Shown here: positions 48,374 through 57,597 of the stretch, one piece after another
How positions within the stretch are numbered: the first letter of the stretch is position 1
Layout of the letters: every line of letters begins with the position of its first letter
Assembly (NCBI GenBank): GCA_013336275.1
Contig: JAAXUA010000001.1
Location: 142,167 to 206,166, forward strand
Length of the DNA: 64,000 nt
From: Candidatus Falkowbacteria bacterium
GTDB lineage: Bacteria > Patescibacteriota > Patescibacteriia > Patescibacteriales > GWE2-39-37
Reading direction: 5' to 3'
Translations under genes and position numbers: made by a program
The notes under the pieces: model-generated
Told to the model about the DNA's origin: nothing
The model's input: the letters and a program-made list of their open reading frames with translations, nothing else
The model's database searches: none

Positions 48374-49915
48374 ATGATTGATTTTTTGAAGATCGGCAAA
48401 GCGACTGATTTAGAGGGCGCTGATTATAGGCTTTATCGTTTACTGGAGATGCTTCCAGGTTTTTTGTCTTGGGGCACTTTGATCGGCTTGGTAATCCTGT
48501 CATATTTCTTGCCGGTCTGGGTAGCCTATTTTCTTCTAGCCTTCGACGTCTATTGGCTGCTTTTGGTCCTGTATTTGGGTATCCATCTGATTGCCAGTTA
48601 CCGTAAGCTCAAAGAAAATATCGTCATCGATTGGAATAATGTCCTGCGTGAGCAGCCGGCCTTGCTTGGCCGACCAGCCTGGCAGGAGATTTGGCACCTG
48701 GTCATTCTGCCGACATACAACGAAAGCCTCGAGGTTATCCGACCGAGCTTCAACGCCCTGGTCAAAGACGGTTATCCGACCGAGCGCATGATCGTGGTCT
48801 TGGCCACCGAAGAGCGGGGCGGTGCCGAAGCGCAGGCTCGCGCGCAGCAGGTCAAGCAAGAGTTCGCCCATCACTTCGGACATTTCCTGATTACGGTCCA
48901 TCCTGACAATATCGAAGGCGAGCTCAAAGGCAAAGGTGCCAATCAGGCGTATGCTGGCAAGATAGTCAAAGAGCAGATTATCGACAAGCTTGCCTTGAAC
49001 TACGACCATATCGTGGTCAGCGTGTTGGACATCGACACCGTAGTCTATCCTGGTTACTTCGCCAATCTGACCCACAAGTTCTTGACGGTGCCGAATCAGT
49101 ATCGGGCCAGCTATCAGCCGATTCCGGTCTATTTCAACAACATTTGGGAAGCGCCGTTCTTTTCTCGCGTCGCCGCATCTTCCAATACTTTCTGGCAGAT
49201 GATGCAGCAGATCAGGCAAGAGAAGCTCGCCACCTACTCGTCGCACTCGATGACTTGGCGGACTCTGGTTGACATCGGCTTCTGGTCGACCAAGATGGTC
49301 AGCGAGGATTCCCGCATCTTTTGGCATAGTTATTGCTTTTACCGCGGCGATTACCGGGTTGAGCCGTTATATTTCCCGGTATCCATGGACGCCACGATGG
49401 ATGAGAATTTCATCAAGACCGCTCGCAGCCTGTACAAGCAGCAACGCCGCTGGGGCTGGGGGGTCGAGAATACGCCATATCTGATTTTCAACTTCATCAA
49501 GAAATACAAAGAGATGCCCAAAGGCCGCACCATGGAGCTGATTTTTGTCCAGCTTTATGGTTTTCACTCTTGGGCGACTAACGCCTTGATTATCGCGGTC
49601 ATCGGATGGATGCCGATGCTTTTGGGCGGTGATCGCTTCAATGCCACTGTTTTGTCGGGCAATCTCCCGACCGTCACCAGAACCTTGATGACCGTGGCGA
49701 TGTTCGGCCTGGTCTTATCGGCGATCTTGTCGACCCTGCTCCTGCCTAAGCGGCCGAAGCATTACGGTTTCGGCAAGAGCATGTCGATGGTGCTCCAGTG
49801 GCTGATCCTGCCGATCAGCATTATCGTCTTCGGGGCGATTCCTGGCTTGGCCGCGCAGACCAGGCTTATGTTCGGGAGGTATATGGGTTTTTGGGTCACG
49901 CCCAAATCGCGCTAA
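48374..49915 (+). CDS. Membrane glycosyltransferase family 2 (processive-type)
   Basis: PTYNES, KGKGAN, DID, SEDS, QQRRW (QxxRW), flanking TMs. Confidence 0.85.
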   Translation: MIDFLKIGKATDLEGADYRLYRLLEMLPGFLSWGTLIGLVILSYFLPVWVAYFLLAFDVYWLLLVLYLGIHLIASYRKLKENIVIDWNNVLREQPALLGRPAWQEIWHLVILPTYNESLEVIRPSFNALVKDGYPTERMIVVLATEERGGAEAQARAQQVKQEFAHHFGHFLITVHPDNIEGELKGKGANQAYAGKIVKEQIIDKLALNYDHIVVSVLDIDTVVYPGYFANLTHKFLTVPNQYRASYQPIPVYFNNIWEAPFFSRVAASSNTFWQMMQQIRQEKLATYSSHSMTWRTLVDIGFWSTKMVSEDSRIFWHSYCFYRGDYRVEPLYFPVSMDATMDENFIKTARSLYKQQRRWGWGVENTPYLIFNFIKKYKEMPKGRTMELIFVQLYGFHSWATNALIIAVIGWMPMLLGGDRFNATVLSGNLPTVTRTLMTVAMFGLVLSAILSTLLLPKRPKHYGFGKSMSMVLQWLILPISIIVFGAIPGLAAQTRLMFGRYMGFWVTPKSR

Positions 49916-49999
49916 CTTTCCTAGAATAACGCCGCGTGAAGCGGTGTTTTTTTATTTCGGGGTTTTTGTGTTATAATTACTCCATTGTACTACTTGAAT

Positions 50000-50425
50000 A
50001 TGCGCGAACAAAACAAACAATTCTGGTTGCGACGGATTTTTAATAGTCCGCACACTCTTTTGGTTTTGCTGATCGTTTTTATCTTTCTTATCAGCATACC
50101 TTTGGCCAAGAATGTCCAGCAACGCCATGGGGTCAGCGGTGAAATCAAGCTCTTACAGCAGGAAATCGCTGATAATGAGGTAAAAAAATCCAAGCTGCTG
50201 GATTCGATCGCCTATCTTGATTCCAAGGAATTCGCTGAAGAGCAGGCTAGGCTCAATCTGGACCTGAAAAAACCAGGCGAACAAGTTGTGGTGGTCAGGA
50301 ACAACGATAAAGGAGCGGTTATCGGCAATAAAGTCACCGAACTCCTATCCAAGCCGTCCTTGCGCGATGAGACACCGGCTAAGGAATCGAACCCCGGACT
50401 CTGGTATAAATATTTTTTCTACTAA
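50000..50425 (+). CDS. Septum formation initiator (FtsB/DivIC family)
   Basis: TM + coiled coil + EEQARLNLDLKKPGE. Confidence 0.8.
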   Translation: MREQNKQFWLRRIFNSPHTLLVLLIVFIFLISIPLAKNVQQRHGVSGEIKLLQQEIADNEVKKSKLLDSIAYLDSKEFAEEQARLNLDLKKPGEQVVVVRNNDKGAVIGNKVTELLSKPSLRDETPAKESNPGLWYKYFFY

Positions 50426-50431
50426 TTCATT

Positions 50432-51685
50432 ATGCCTAAATCCTTGCCAGGAGGCATCAATTATAGCGAGGAACAGCTGGCCAAGAAAAGGGCGGTAGTT
50501 TTGGAGTTCTTGGAAAAGCAGAAGACCGGCCGGTCGGAAAAGAAAAAATCAGTGGCAGCCAAGCCGGCCGTGGTGCTTCCGGCCAAGCCGGTGGCAGCAT
50601 CAGTCATAAATTTTCCCAAGACGGAAAAGACCGTGCTTAACACCACTCCCGTCCCGGCTGCAGCGCCAGCCAAACTGCCAACTGCAGCAGCGCCGCACGT
50701 CGAGCCGATCAGTCAATTCTTGGGAGTGAAAAACCAACCGGCGCCGCTTGAGGTGGATTTTTTGGAGGACGTCAAAAAGGAGAAGCTGGCTAAGCCTGAA
50801 GCGCCGATAACGAAGCAGCCGAAGAAAAACAAGAAGCCGATGCGCGATGACAAGCCGCTTGCGACAGAGAAAGGCCCTAAGATCATTCAGCCTCGTGCCG
50901 TCGCGGAACCAAAAATCGCCACCCCGCCTAGGGTGGATCTGCTTGAGGACATAAAAAATGAAACTGCCAAGAAGTCCGGCTTATTCCAGATGGCTGAACT
51001 ATTCGCGATTCTCATGATGATTTCTTTAGCCTTTTATTTATTGATCAGTTTATACTTCTTTACCTTTAAACCAAATTCGGCATTTTTCCGATCCGTGGCC
51101 AGGGTCGTGCCGGTGCCAGGCCTGGTCAGTTCTTATGGCTTCGTCGAATTCTATCAATATCTCGACCTGAAAGCGGGACTTCAGGGCAAAGGTGCTCCCG
51201 AGGATAGTCTGGCTGACATCGCCACATCGGCGAGCGTCGAGTGGCAGATATTGGAGCAGCTGGCCAAATATTATCAGTTGCCGCCCACGGACAGTGCGGC
51301 AACCCTGCTTAATGAGCTCGGCAAAGCTGTAGTGTCCGACAAGGAGATAAACGCCGCCGCTTTCAGTACTATACGCAAAATCAAGCAGGAAATAGCGACT
51401 GGAATAAATTTCGAGACCGCTGCCGCGAAGCACGGCGCCAAGTCAGCCAAAGAGCTGTTCGCTCCTGATGACGCGGTGAAAAAATTCGGTCCGGGGTTCG
51501 CTTCCTTGAGTGACGGCGCCATGAGCAGCATCATTGTTTCTTCCGATGGTTTCTATATCGTGCAAAAGGTCGGATCAAGCGGAGAGGCCATCGAAGCCAG
51601 CTATGTATTGGTAAAGCCGAAAACCCTCTCGGATATCGTTGACGAACGTCTGCTCAAGGCCAGGGCGATCAACTTCGTGCAATAG
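50432..51685 (+). CDS. Hypothetical bitopic protein; long Pro/Lys-rich N-terminus, SurA/parvulin-like C-terminus
   Basis: TM near aa 190-212; GINFETAAAKH, SSIIVSSDGFYIVQ..ASYVLVK resemble a degenerate rotamase. Confidence 0.6.
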   Translation: MPKSLPGGINYSEEQLAKKRAVVLEFLEKQKTGRSEKKKSVAAKPAVVLPAKPVAASVINFPKTEKTVLNTTPVPAAAPAKLPTAAAPHVEPISQFLGVKNQPAPLEVDFLEDVKKEKLAKPEAPITKQPKKNKKPMRDDKPLATEKGPKIIQPRAVAEPKIATPPRVDLLEDIKNETAKKSGLFQMAELFAILMMISLAFYLLISLYFFTFKPNSAFFRSVARVVPVPGLVSSYGFVEFYQYLDLKAGLQGKGAPEDSLADIATSASVEWQILEQLAKYYQLPPTDSAATLLNELGKAVVSDKEINAAAFSTIRKIKQEIATGINFETAAAKHGAKSAKELFAPDDAVKKFGPGFASLSDGAMSSIIVSSDGFYIVQKVGSSGEAIEASYVLVKPKTLSDIVDERLLKARAINFVQ

Positions 51686-51688
51686 CGT

Positions 51689-52099
51689 ATGCGCAAAGTG
51701 CTGGTTTTTGGTACGTTCGACCTTTTTCACCCCGGCCATCGGAGCTTTTTGCGCCAGGCGCGGCGCTACGGCGATAAGCTCTACGCAGTGATCGCTCGCG
51801 ACCGAACGGTCCTGGCAGTCAAGAAGGCGCTGCCGCTTCAGGATGAGCTAAGCCGCTTGGCCGCGGTCAGAGATAGCGGATTGGTGGATGAAGCCGTGCT
51901 AGGCAGTTTGCGAGACAAATATTTGGCAATCAAAAAGGTTAGGCCTGATGTCATCTGCCTTGGTTACGATCAGATTTATCTGACGGACACCTTGGCAAGC
52001 AAGCTTGAACAACTTGGAATAGCGACGAGAATAGTCAAGCTGAAATCGTATCGGCCCGACATTTACAAATCATCGAAACTCAAAGCGAAGCAGATATGA
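51689..52099 (+). CDS. Cytidylyltransferase family (archaeal-type FAD synthase RibL-like)
   Basis: FGTFDLFHPGH, VIARD, PDVICLGYDQ, KSS. Confidence 0.82.
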   Translation: MRKVLVFGTFDLFHPGHRSFLRQARRYGDKLYAVIARDRTVLAVKKALPLQDELSRLAAVRDSGLVDEAVLGSLRDKYLAIKKVRPDVICLGYDQIYLTDTLASKLEQLGIATRIVKLKSYRPDIYKSSKLKAKQI

Positions 52100-52140
52100 A
52101 AAAACTGCCACGAAATGAGGCAGTTTTTTCATTAAAGTTT

Positions 52141-52230
52141 GAGCCGAGAATGGGGATCCCCGCCCAAGGCGGGCAGGGAACCCATGGTCTACGTGTGGAG
52201 TTTATCCGCCTCGGGCGGAAGTGCGTCGCT
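52141..52230 (-). pseudogene. Degenerate partial tRNA-Thr copy with two hairpin insertions
   Basis: 52141-52158 identical to 52241-52258; 52220-52230 identical to 52282-52292; intervening hairpins. Confidence 0.8.
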
Positions 52231-52238
52231 TTATTTGC

Positions 52239-52314
52239 TGGAGCCGAGAATGGGGATCGAACCCACGACCTACGCGTTACGAGTGCGTCGCTCTGCCAAC
52301 TGAGCTATCTCGGC
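52239..52314 (-). tRNA. tRNA-Thr(CGT), CCA encoded
   Basis: GCCGAGA-TA-GCTC..GAGC-G-ACGCA-CT CGT AA-CGCGT..GTGGG-TTCGATC-CCCAT-TCTCGGC-T-CCA. Confidence 0.95.
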
Positions 52315-52326
52315 TTAAGAGTCCTG

Positions 52327-52397
52327 AGCGGGTGATGGGAATCGAACCCACGACTCGACCTTGGGAAGGTCATGTATTACCATTATACTACACCCGC
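52327..52397 (-). tRNA. tRNA-Gly(CCC), CCA not encoded
   Basis: GCGGGTG..TGACC-TT CCC AA-GGTCG..GTGGG-TTCGATT-CCCAT-CACCCGC-T. Confidence 0.95.
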
Positions 52398-52491
52398 AAA
52401 TAAACAAAAATCAGCCAATGTTCCCGAAAAACAAGCGATTCAAGGTTATTCCGGGGTTGGCTAATGTCATTAATATTGATATAATTATAAA

Positions 52492-54117
52492 GTGAGACAG
52501 AAAAATAGTCAAAAAATCATATCCTGCGCAATATCACTAGTTTTTTTCACAACTAGTGCTTTTGTTAATGTGGCAGCAGCCCAGGAGACGTCCGTCTCCG
52601 CTACTTCGACCCCAGCCGCCACTTTGGCCGTCCCCGTTGCCACAAGTACTGCATTCAGGGTTGCTGCTGGCGAGGTAATCAAGAAGAGTTTGGCCAAGCT
52701 CACCGTAGCCTCCACTGAAAAAACATTCATCGGCAATTCAGCTGCGGTACTGACAGAGCTTGAAGCGCCGGCCAGCGAACCTTGGCAGATCAACCGCCTG
52801 AGCAGCGTCTATCAGGTAGACTTCCAAAATCCCAAGGCATTTTCAACGTCAAGCCAGCTTCTGATAGAGATCGGAGGAATCAAGACTACCAACAATCTCA
52901 AACAGCTATTCTACTATGACAAGCGCAAAGATGCCTGGAAGCCGCTGCCATCCGCCGAAGTGTCGTCACGCAAGGCCGTTACGGCCAAACTGCCTTTCCC
53001 TTATGCTAAAGTCGCAGTCTTCGAGGTGCCGGGATTTTTAACGGTCGGCAAGGCCAGTTGGTATAAATACAAGGGCGGCCTTTTCGCCGCATCACCGGAC
53101 TTTCCTAAAGGCTCGCGCTTGAGGGTATTCAACCTGGACAACCCTAAGAAATTCGTGGATGTCGTCGTTAATGACTTCGGCCCTGACCGCGACCGCCACC
53201 CTGATCGGGTGATCGACCTGGACAAGGTCGCTTTCGGCCGCATCGCACCGACCGGGCAGGGCATGGCGCGTGTGCGCGTCGAGCCTTTGTCCATTGCCGC
53301 ACCGACGGGGCAGTGGCTCGGCCAGCCAGCTGAAGGCTACCCGGCTAGTATGCGCATCGCTACCAAAGCTGGAACGGTCATCGATGCCAAGACCGGCAAG
53401 ACGCTTTGGAGTAAGAATCCCACCAGCTCAATGCCGATTGCCAGCTTGACTAAGCTTGTCAGCGCATACGTTTTCCTTGAAACCAAGCCTTCGTTCAATC
53501 GCGTCGTTCCGTACAGCATCGCTGATGAGAATTATAATTACAAGTTCGCCAATAAATGGGAGGTGGCGCGGCTCAAGGTTTCCGATGGTGAGACCATGAC
53601 GATCAAAGACCTGTTCTATTCCGCTCTGGTCGGGTCAGCCAATAACGCCGTCGAGAGCCTCGTCCGCGTGAGCGGCCTGAAGCGCGATGATTTCATCAAA
53701 AGAATGAACCAGGTGGCCCATGAGTGGGGCGCCTCAAGTGCCCATTTTATCGAGCCGACAGGCCTTTCACCGGAAAACGTGAGTTCTGCCGAGGATTATG
53801 CTATAATAAGCACTAAGACATTGTCACATCCGATAATCGAGGAGGCCAGCAAGGTGAAGAGCTATAAATTCACTACTCTCAACAAGAAAATACCCCACAC
53901 GATCAAGAATTCGAACCAGCTTATCACTTTCTCCCGCCTGAACGTCAGCGGCAGCAAGACCGGATATCTGGACGAAGCAGGTTATTGTCTCCTGACGCGG
54001 GCGGATGACCGCCGGGGCAAGAGCGTAATCGTCGTGACGCTAGGCAGTCCGAATCGCTCGACCAGTTTCAGCGAAACCGAGTCTTTGGCCCGATACGGCC
54101 TGAGTCTCATCAAATAA
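52492..54117 (+). CDS. Secreted RlpA-like DPBB domain + peptidase S11 (D-Ala-D-Ala carboxy/endopeptidase) fusion
   Basis: Signal peptide; GKASWY..AAS..FPKGS..VNDFGP..RVIDL; S11 motifs ASLTK, SAN, KTG. Confidence 0.85.
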   Translation: MRQKNSQKIISCAISLVFFTTSAFVNVAAAQETSVSATSTPAATLAVPVATSTAFRVAAGEVIKKSLAKLTVASTEKTFIGNSAAVLTELEAPASEPWQINRLSSVYQVDFQNPKAFSTSSQLLIEIGGIKTTNNLKQLFYYDKRKDAWKPLPSAEVSSRKAVTAKLPFPYAKVAVFEVPGFLTVGKASWYKYKGGLFAASPDFPKGSRLRVFNLDNPKKFVDVVVNDFGPDRDRHPDRVIDLDKVAFGRIAPTGQGMARVRVEPLSIAAPTGQWLGQPAEGYPASMRIATKAGTVIDAKTGKTLWSKNPTSSMPIASLTKLVSAYVFLETKPSFNRVVPYSIADENYNYKFANKWEVARLKVSDGETMTIKDLFYSALVGSANNAVESLVRVSGLKRDDFIKRMNQVAHEWGASSAHFIEPTGLSPENVSSAEDYAIISTKTLSHPIIEEASKVKSYKFTTLNKKIPHTIKNSNQLITFSRLNVSGSKTGYLDEAGYCLLTRADDRRGKSVIVVTLGSPNRSTSFSETESLARYGLSLIK

Positions 54118-54121
54118 TCCC

Positions 54122-54802
54122 ATGATCAAATTCGAGGAGGTCAAAAAAACTTATCAGCCGGACGTCAAAGCGTTGGCCGGCGTGAGCCTATTCATTAAGC
54201 CGGGCGAGTTCGTCTCGATCGTCGGCCAGTCGGGCTCAGGCAAGACGACATTGATCAAATCCTTGATCTGCGAGGAGCGCGTCGACGAAGGCAAGATCAT
54301 CGTCGGCGATTGGGACATTACCCACATCAGCAAGAGCGCGATTCCGACATTGCGCCGCCAGATCGGCGTCATCTTCCAGGATTTCAAATTGTTGCCGACC
54401 AAGACCTTGAAGGAGAATGTCGCTTTCGCCCTGCAGGTCTGCGGCCAGCCGCCGAAAAAGATCAGGGCTATCGTGCCCCAGGTCTTGAAGATCGTCGGGC
54501 TTGAAGGCAAGATGGACCGCTATCCACATGAAGTTTCCGGCGGCGAGCAGCAGCGCGCTGCTATCGCCCGCGCGCTAGTTCATCGCCCGAAGATACTTCT
54601 GGCCGATGAACCGACAGGCAATCTCGACTCCATAAATGCCGATGAGATTATCGAGTTGCTTTTGCGTATCAATAAATTCGGCACTACCGTCGTATTGGTC
54701 ACTCACAACCGCGAGATCGTCAATCGCCTCAAGCGGCGCGTCATCACCATTGAGAACGGCCTAGTGGTCAGCGATCAAGAAGTCGGGAAATATATCTTAT
54801 AA
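54122..54802 (+). CDS. ftsE: Cell division ABC ATPase FtsE
   Basis: GQSGSGKTT, LRRQIGVIFQDFKLL, SGGEQQR, ADEPTGNLD; adjacent to ftsX. Confidence 0.93.
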   Translation: MIKFEEVKKTYQPDVKALAGVSLFIKPGEFVSIVGQSGSGKTTLIKSLICEERVDEGKIIVGDWDITHISKSAIPTLRRQIGVIFQDFKLLPTKTLKENVAFALQVCGQPPKKIRAIVPQVLKIVGLEGKMDRYPHEVSGGEQQRAAIARALVHRPKILLADEPTGNLDSINADEIIELLLRINKFGTTVVLVTHNREIVNRLKRRVITIENGLVVSDQEVGKYIL

Positions 54803-54803
54803 T

Positions 54804-55718
54804 ATGCCTATTATCGCCTTTTTTCGGGCTATCAAATTCAGCATCCAGGATATTGCCAGGAATTTCTGGCTGTCATTGGTAACTATCATCATCTTGGTCC
54901 TCGCCTTGTCCTTGGTCAATATCCTCTTGACCGTCCAAGTGGTCACCCAATCAGCCATCAACTCACTGAAGGAGAAGATCGATGTCACGCTCGACTTGAA
55001 GGCTCAAGCGCAGGAAGGTGAAATCCTGGCCTTGAAAAGCCAAGTCAGCAACCTGGACAAGGTGCGTTCAGTCGAATATATCTCCAAGGGTCAGGCAATC
55101 GAGACCTTCAGGAAAGAGCATGAGAACGACCCTGATATCCTCCAGGCTCTGCGCGAACTGAATACCAATCCCTTGACTGCTTCGCTTATCATCAAGCCGA
55201 AAGACATCGACCAGTACGACGCCCTTATCACTGACCTTAATAAGATCGACAGCCCCATTATCGACAGCCGCAACTTCGACAATCCCAAGACCATGCTCGA
55301 CAAAATCAACGTCGTGACTGACAAGATAAACCAAATCGGCGTTGCGGTCAGCTTGCTGTTCGTGCTGATCACCATCTTGGTCGTTTATAATTCCATCCGG
55401 GTGACGATTTATACCCACCAAAAAGAAATCCGGGTAATGCGCCTGGTCGGGGCCTCGAATTGGTTCATTCGCGCACCTTTCCTGATTTCTAGCATAGTCT
55501 ATACCGCCATCGGCCTGTTGCTTACACTCCTGCTTTTCTATCCTTTGCTCAACCTGATGCAGCCCTATTTGGAATATTTCTTCAACGGCTACAAGCTGAA
55601 TCTCATCACTTATTTCCAGGCTAATTTCATCATGATTTTCGGTACCCAGTTCGTCGTTGCCAGTTTGGTCAATCTTCTGGCCAGCTTCATCGCGGTCAGG
55701 AAATACTCACGCATATAA
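54804..55718 (+). CDS. ftsX: Cell division permease FtsX
   Basis: 4 TM topology, NSIRVTIY...EIRVMRLVGASNWFIRAPF. Confidence 0.92.
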   Translation: MPIIAFFRAIKFSIQDIARNFWLSLVTIIILVLALSLVNILLTVQVVTQSAINSLKEKIDVTLDLKAQAQEGEILALKSQVSNLDKVRSVEYISKGQAIETFRKEHENDPDILQALRELNTNPLTASLIIKPKDIDQYDALITDLNKIDSPIIDSRNFDNPKTMLDKINVVTDKINQIGVAVSLLFVLITILVVYNSIRVTIYTHQKEIRVMRLVGASNWFIRAPFLISSIVYTAIGLLLTLLLFYPLLNLMQPYLEYFFNGYKLNLITYFQANFIMIFGTQFVVASLVNLLASFIAVRKYSRI

Positions 55719-55729
55719 GAATTACGATA

Positions 55730-55761
55730 AAAAAACACCCGGATTACTCCGGGTGTTTTTT
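55730..55761. terminator. Bidirectional terminator
   Basis: AAAAAACACCCGGA-TTAC-TCCGGGTGTTTTTT. Confidence 0.8.
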
Positions 55762-55766
55762 TGTTT

Positions 55767-55961
55767 CTAAAGGTCCCTGCTTTTTGAGATCTTAAAATCG
55801 TCCTGGCTGCTTTGCTCCGGCTCATCGAAAAAGCCGAGCCGGTTGATGAGTTTGATGCGATTGCGTCCGCGTAGCCGCTCCGCGCGCGAGCGGCCCTCTT
55901 TGTTCAAGTAGTAATAGGCGACCCCCAGCAAGGGAATGGCGAGGTAAATGCTTATTTCCAT
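55767..55961 (-). CDS. Small hypothetical membrane protein
   Basis: 64 aa, N-terminal hydrophobic segment, ends at a terminator. Confidence 0.5.
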   Translation of the reverse strand: MEISIYLAIPLLGVAYYYLNKEGRSRAERLRGRNRIKLINRLGFFDEPEQSSQDDFKISKSRDL

Positions 55962-56097
55962 AGGGTAGGATTAGTTATTATCATTTTAACACATCTGTGA
56001 CTAGGAGGAAACAGCGGCTTAATATTTATTTAACATTGCCGTCATAAGGTAACCTCGGTTCATTATCAAGCCGCCTAACGGCAAAATGGAGGGAGAG

Positions 56098-56517
56098 ATG
56101 AAGGAGATGATTGAAATAGGGGTCAGGCCCAATATGATGATCGGATTGTTTTCAATAAATAGCCAGCTTCTTGATCAGCTGTGTCGGGGAGTTGAGGGCG
56201 TCAGAGTCACCCACGCCCATTGGAATGTAGCTGGAGGCGAATTGGGCTTTGTTGACCTGGTAAGGCTATGTGACGAGTTCAAGGATAAGCAGTGCGAAGT
56301 TATATTCCTTGACTGCTCCGGGATGCATATGGTCAATTTATTCGCGTGGGGTTTGCTGATGTCGCAAGCGGATAGCGCTTGGATGAAGGGCTTTGCCTTG
56401 ATTAACGCGGGGTGGCCGATTATTTCCTTTGCCAGAATGCTTAAGCTACGCGCGAATCTATCTTTCTTTTCCAGACTTAGAATTTTCACGTCTTGGCCAC
56501 CTTGCTTTGAGCAATGA
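56098..56517 (+). CDS. Hypothetical protein with STAS-like domain
   Basis: VAGGEL..IFLDCSGMHMVNLFAWGLL..FALIN resembles the STAS core; SD GGAGG. Confidence 0.5.
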   Translation: MKEMIEIGVRPNMMIGLFSINSQLLDQLCRGVEGVRVTHAHWNVAGGELGFVDLVRLCDEFKDKQCEVIFLDCSGMHMVNLFAWGLLMSQADSAWMKGFALINAGWPIISFARMLKLRANLSFFSRLRIFTSWPPCFEQ

Positions 56518-56593
56518 GCGAACGGCCAGACATGGAATGCTCATTTTAATCAGGAGCGCACCAAGTGATGCTCCTTTTTTATTATTCAAGGCG

Positions 56594-57496
56594 TCATTTT
56601 TTGGTGAGTGCTGAGTATTTCTCTCTGAGTTTTAGTAATTTAGGGTTAATGACGGCTTGGCAGTACGGATTCTGGTCTTTGTTCTTGGCAAAGTAATCCT
56701 GGTGGTAATCCTCCGCCGCATAAAACCGATAGAGCGGAACGACTTCAGTGACGATCTTATCAGAGTAGATTCCAGAAGCGTCCAACTCCTTGATTTTGGC
56801 CAGCGCTTCGTCACGGTGCTCCAAGGTCTTGTAGAGAATGATAGAACGGTACTGCGTACCCGCATCATGGCCTTGCCGGTCCTTCGTCGTCGGATCATGA
56901 GTGGCGAAGAAGACATCCAAAAGATCGCCATAAGATATTTCATTGGGTTCAAATGCGACCTTGACCGTTTCGGCGTGGCCGGAGCCGCCGTCGCTAACCT
57001 GCTCGTATGTCGGGTTAGCAGTTTCGCCGCCGGCATAGCCTGAAATGACCCATGAGACGCCTTTGAGACTTTTGAAAATCGCCTCAGTGCACCAGAAGCA
57101 GCCGCCGCCGAAAACAGCGAACCGTTCTTCGTGCTCTTCGAACTTCCGAGGAATGAAAAACATGGACAGGGAATTGACGCAATGGCGGGCGTCCTTAGCT
57201 GTCATCCGTTCTCCCGAAAAGACATGGCCCAAGTGTGCGCCGCAGCTGGAACAGGAGATTTCGGTGCATTGGCCATCAGTGTCCAGCGTCCGTTTGACCG
57301 AACCTGGAATCTCATCATCGAACGCTGGCCAGCCGCAATGCGCATCGAACTTGCTTCCAGAATCGTAGAGCGCCGCGCCGCAGTTTCGGCACACGTAAAG
57401 GCCATCGCGATAGAAATCATCGTATTGGCCTGAAAATGGGGCTTCGGTGCCGTGGTCCACTATAACGCGCTTTTCTTCGGGAGTTAATCTTTGCAT
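56594..57496 (-). CDS. Bifunctional methionine sulfoxide reductase, MsrB-MsrA order
   Basis: MsrB: GTEAPF, CRNC, CGWPAF, HLGHVF, RHCVNS; MsrA: GGGCFWC, GYAGG, HDPT, QYRS, AEDYHQ. Confidence 0.95.
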   Translation of the reverse strand: MQRLTPEEKRVIVDHGTEAPFSGQYDDFYRDGLYVCRNCGAALYDSGSKFDAHCGWPAFDDEIPGSVKRTLDTDGQCTEISCSSCGAHLGHVFSGERMTAKDARHCVNSLSMFFIPRKFEEHEERFAVFGGGCFWCTEAIFKSLKGVSWVISGYAGGETANPTYEQVSDGGSGHAETVKVAFEPNEISYGDLLDVFFATHDPTTKDRQGHDAGTQYRSIILYKTLEHRDEALAKIKELDASGIYSDKIVTEVVPLYRFYAAEDYHQDYFAKNKDQNPYCQAVINPKLLKLREKYSALTKK

Positions 57497-57556
57497 ATGT
57501 TTGGCTTGATTTTTATTATAAATATAGTGCAAAAATATGAATATAAGATTAAGCGT

Positions 57557-57592
57557 AAAAAAATCCCCCGACTCGTAAATCGGGGGGCTTTT
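57557..57592 (-). terminator. Intrinsic terminator
   Basis: Minus strand CCCCCGA-TTTACGAG-TCGGGGG-ATTTTTTT. Confidence 0.7.
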
Positions 57593-57597
57593 GTGAA

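Noticed and set aside
52096..52403. ORFs 52096-52335 and 52221-52403
   Set aside because: Antisense translations of the tRNA genes and the tRNA-like copy.
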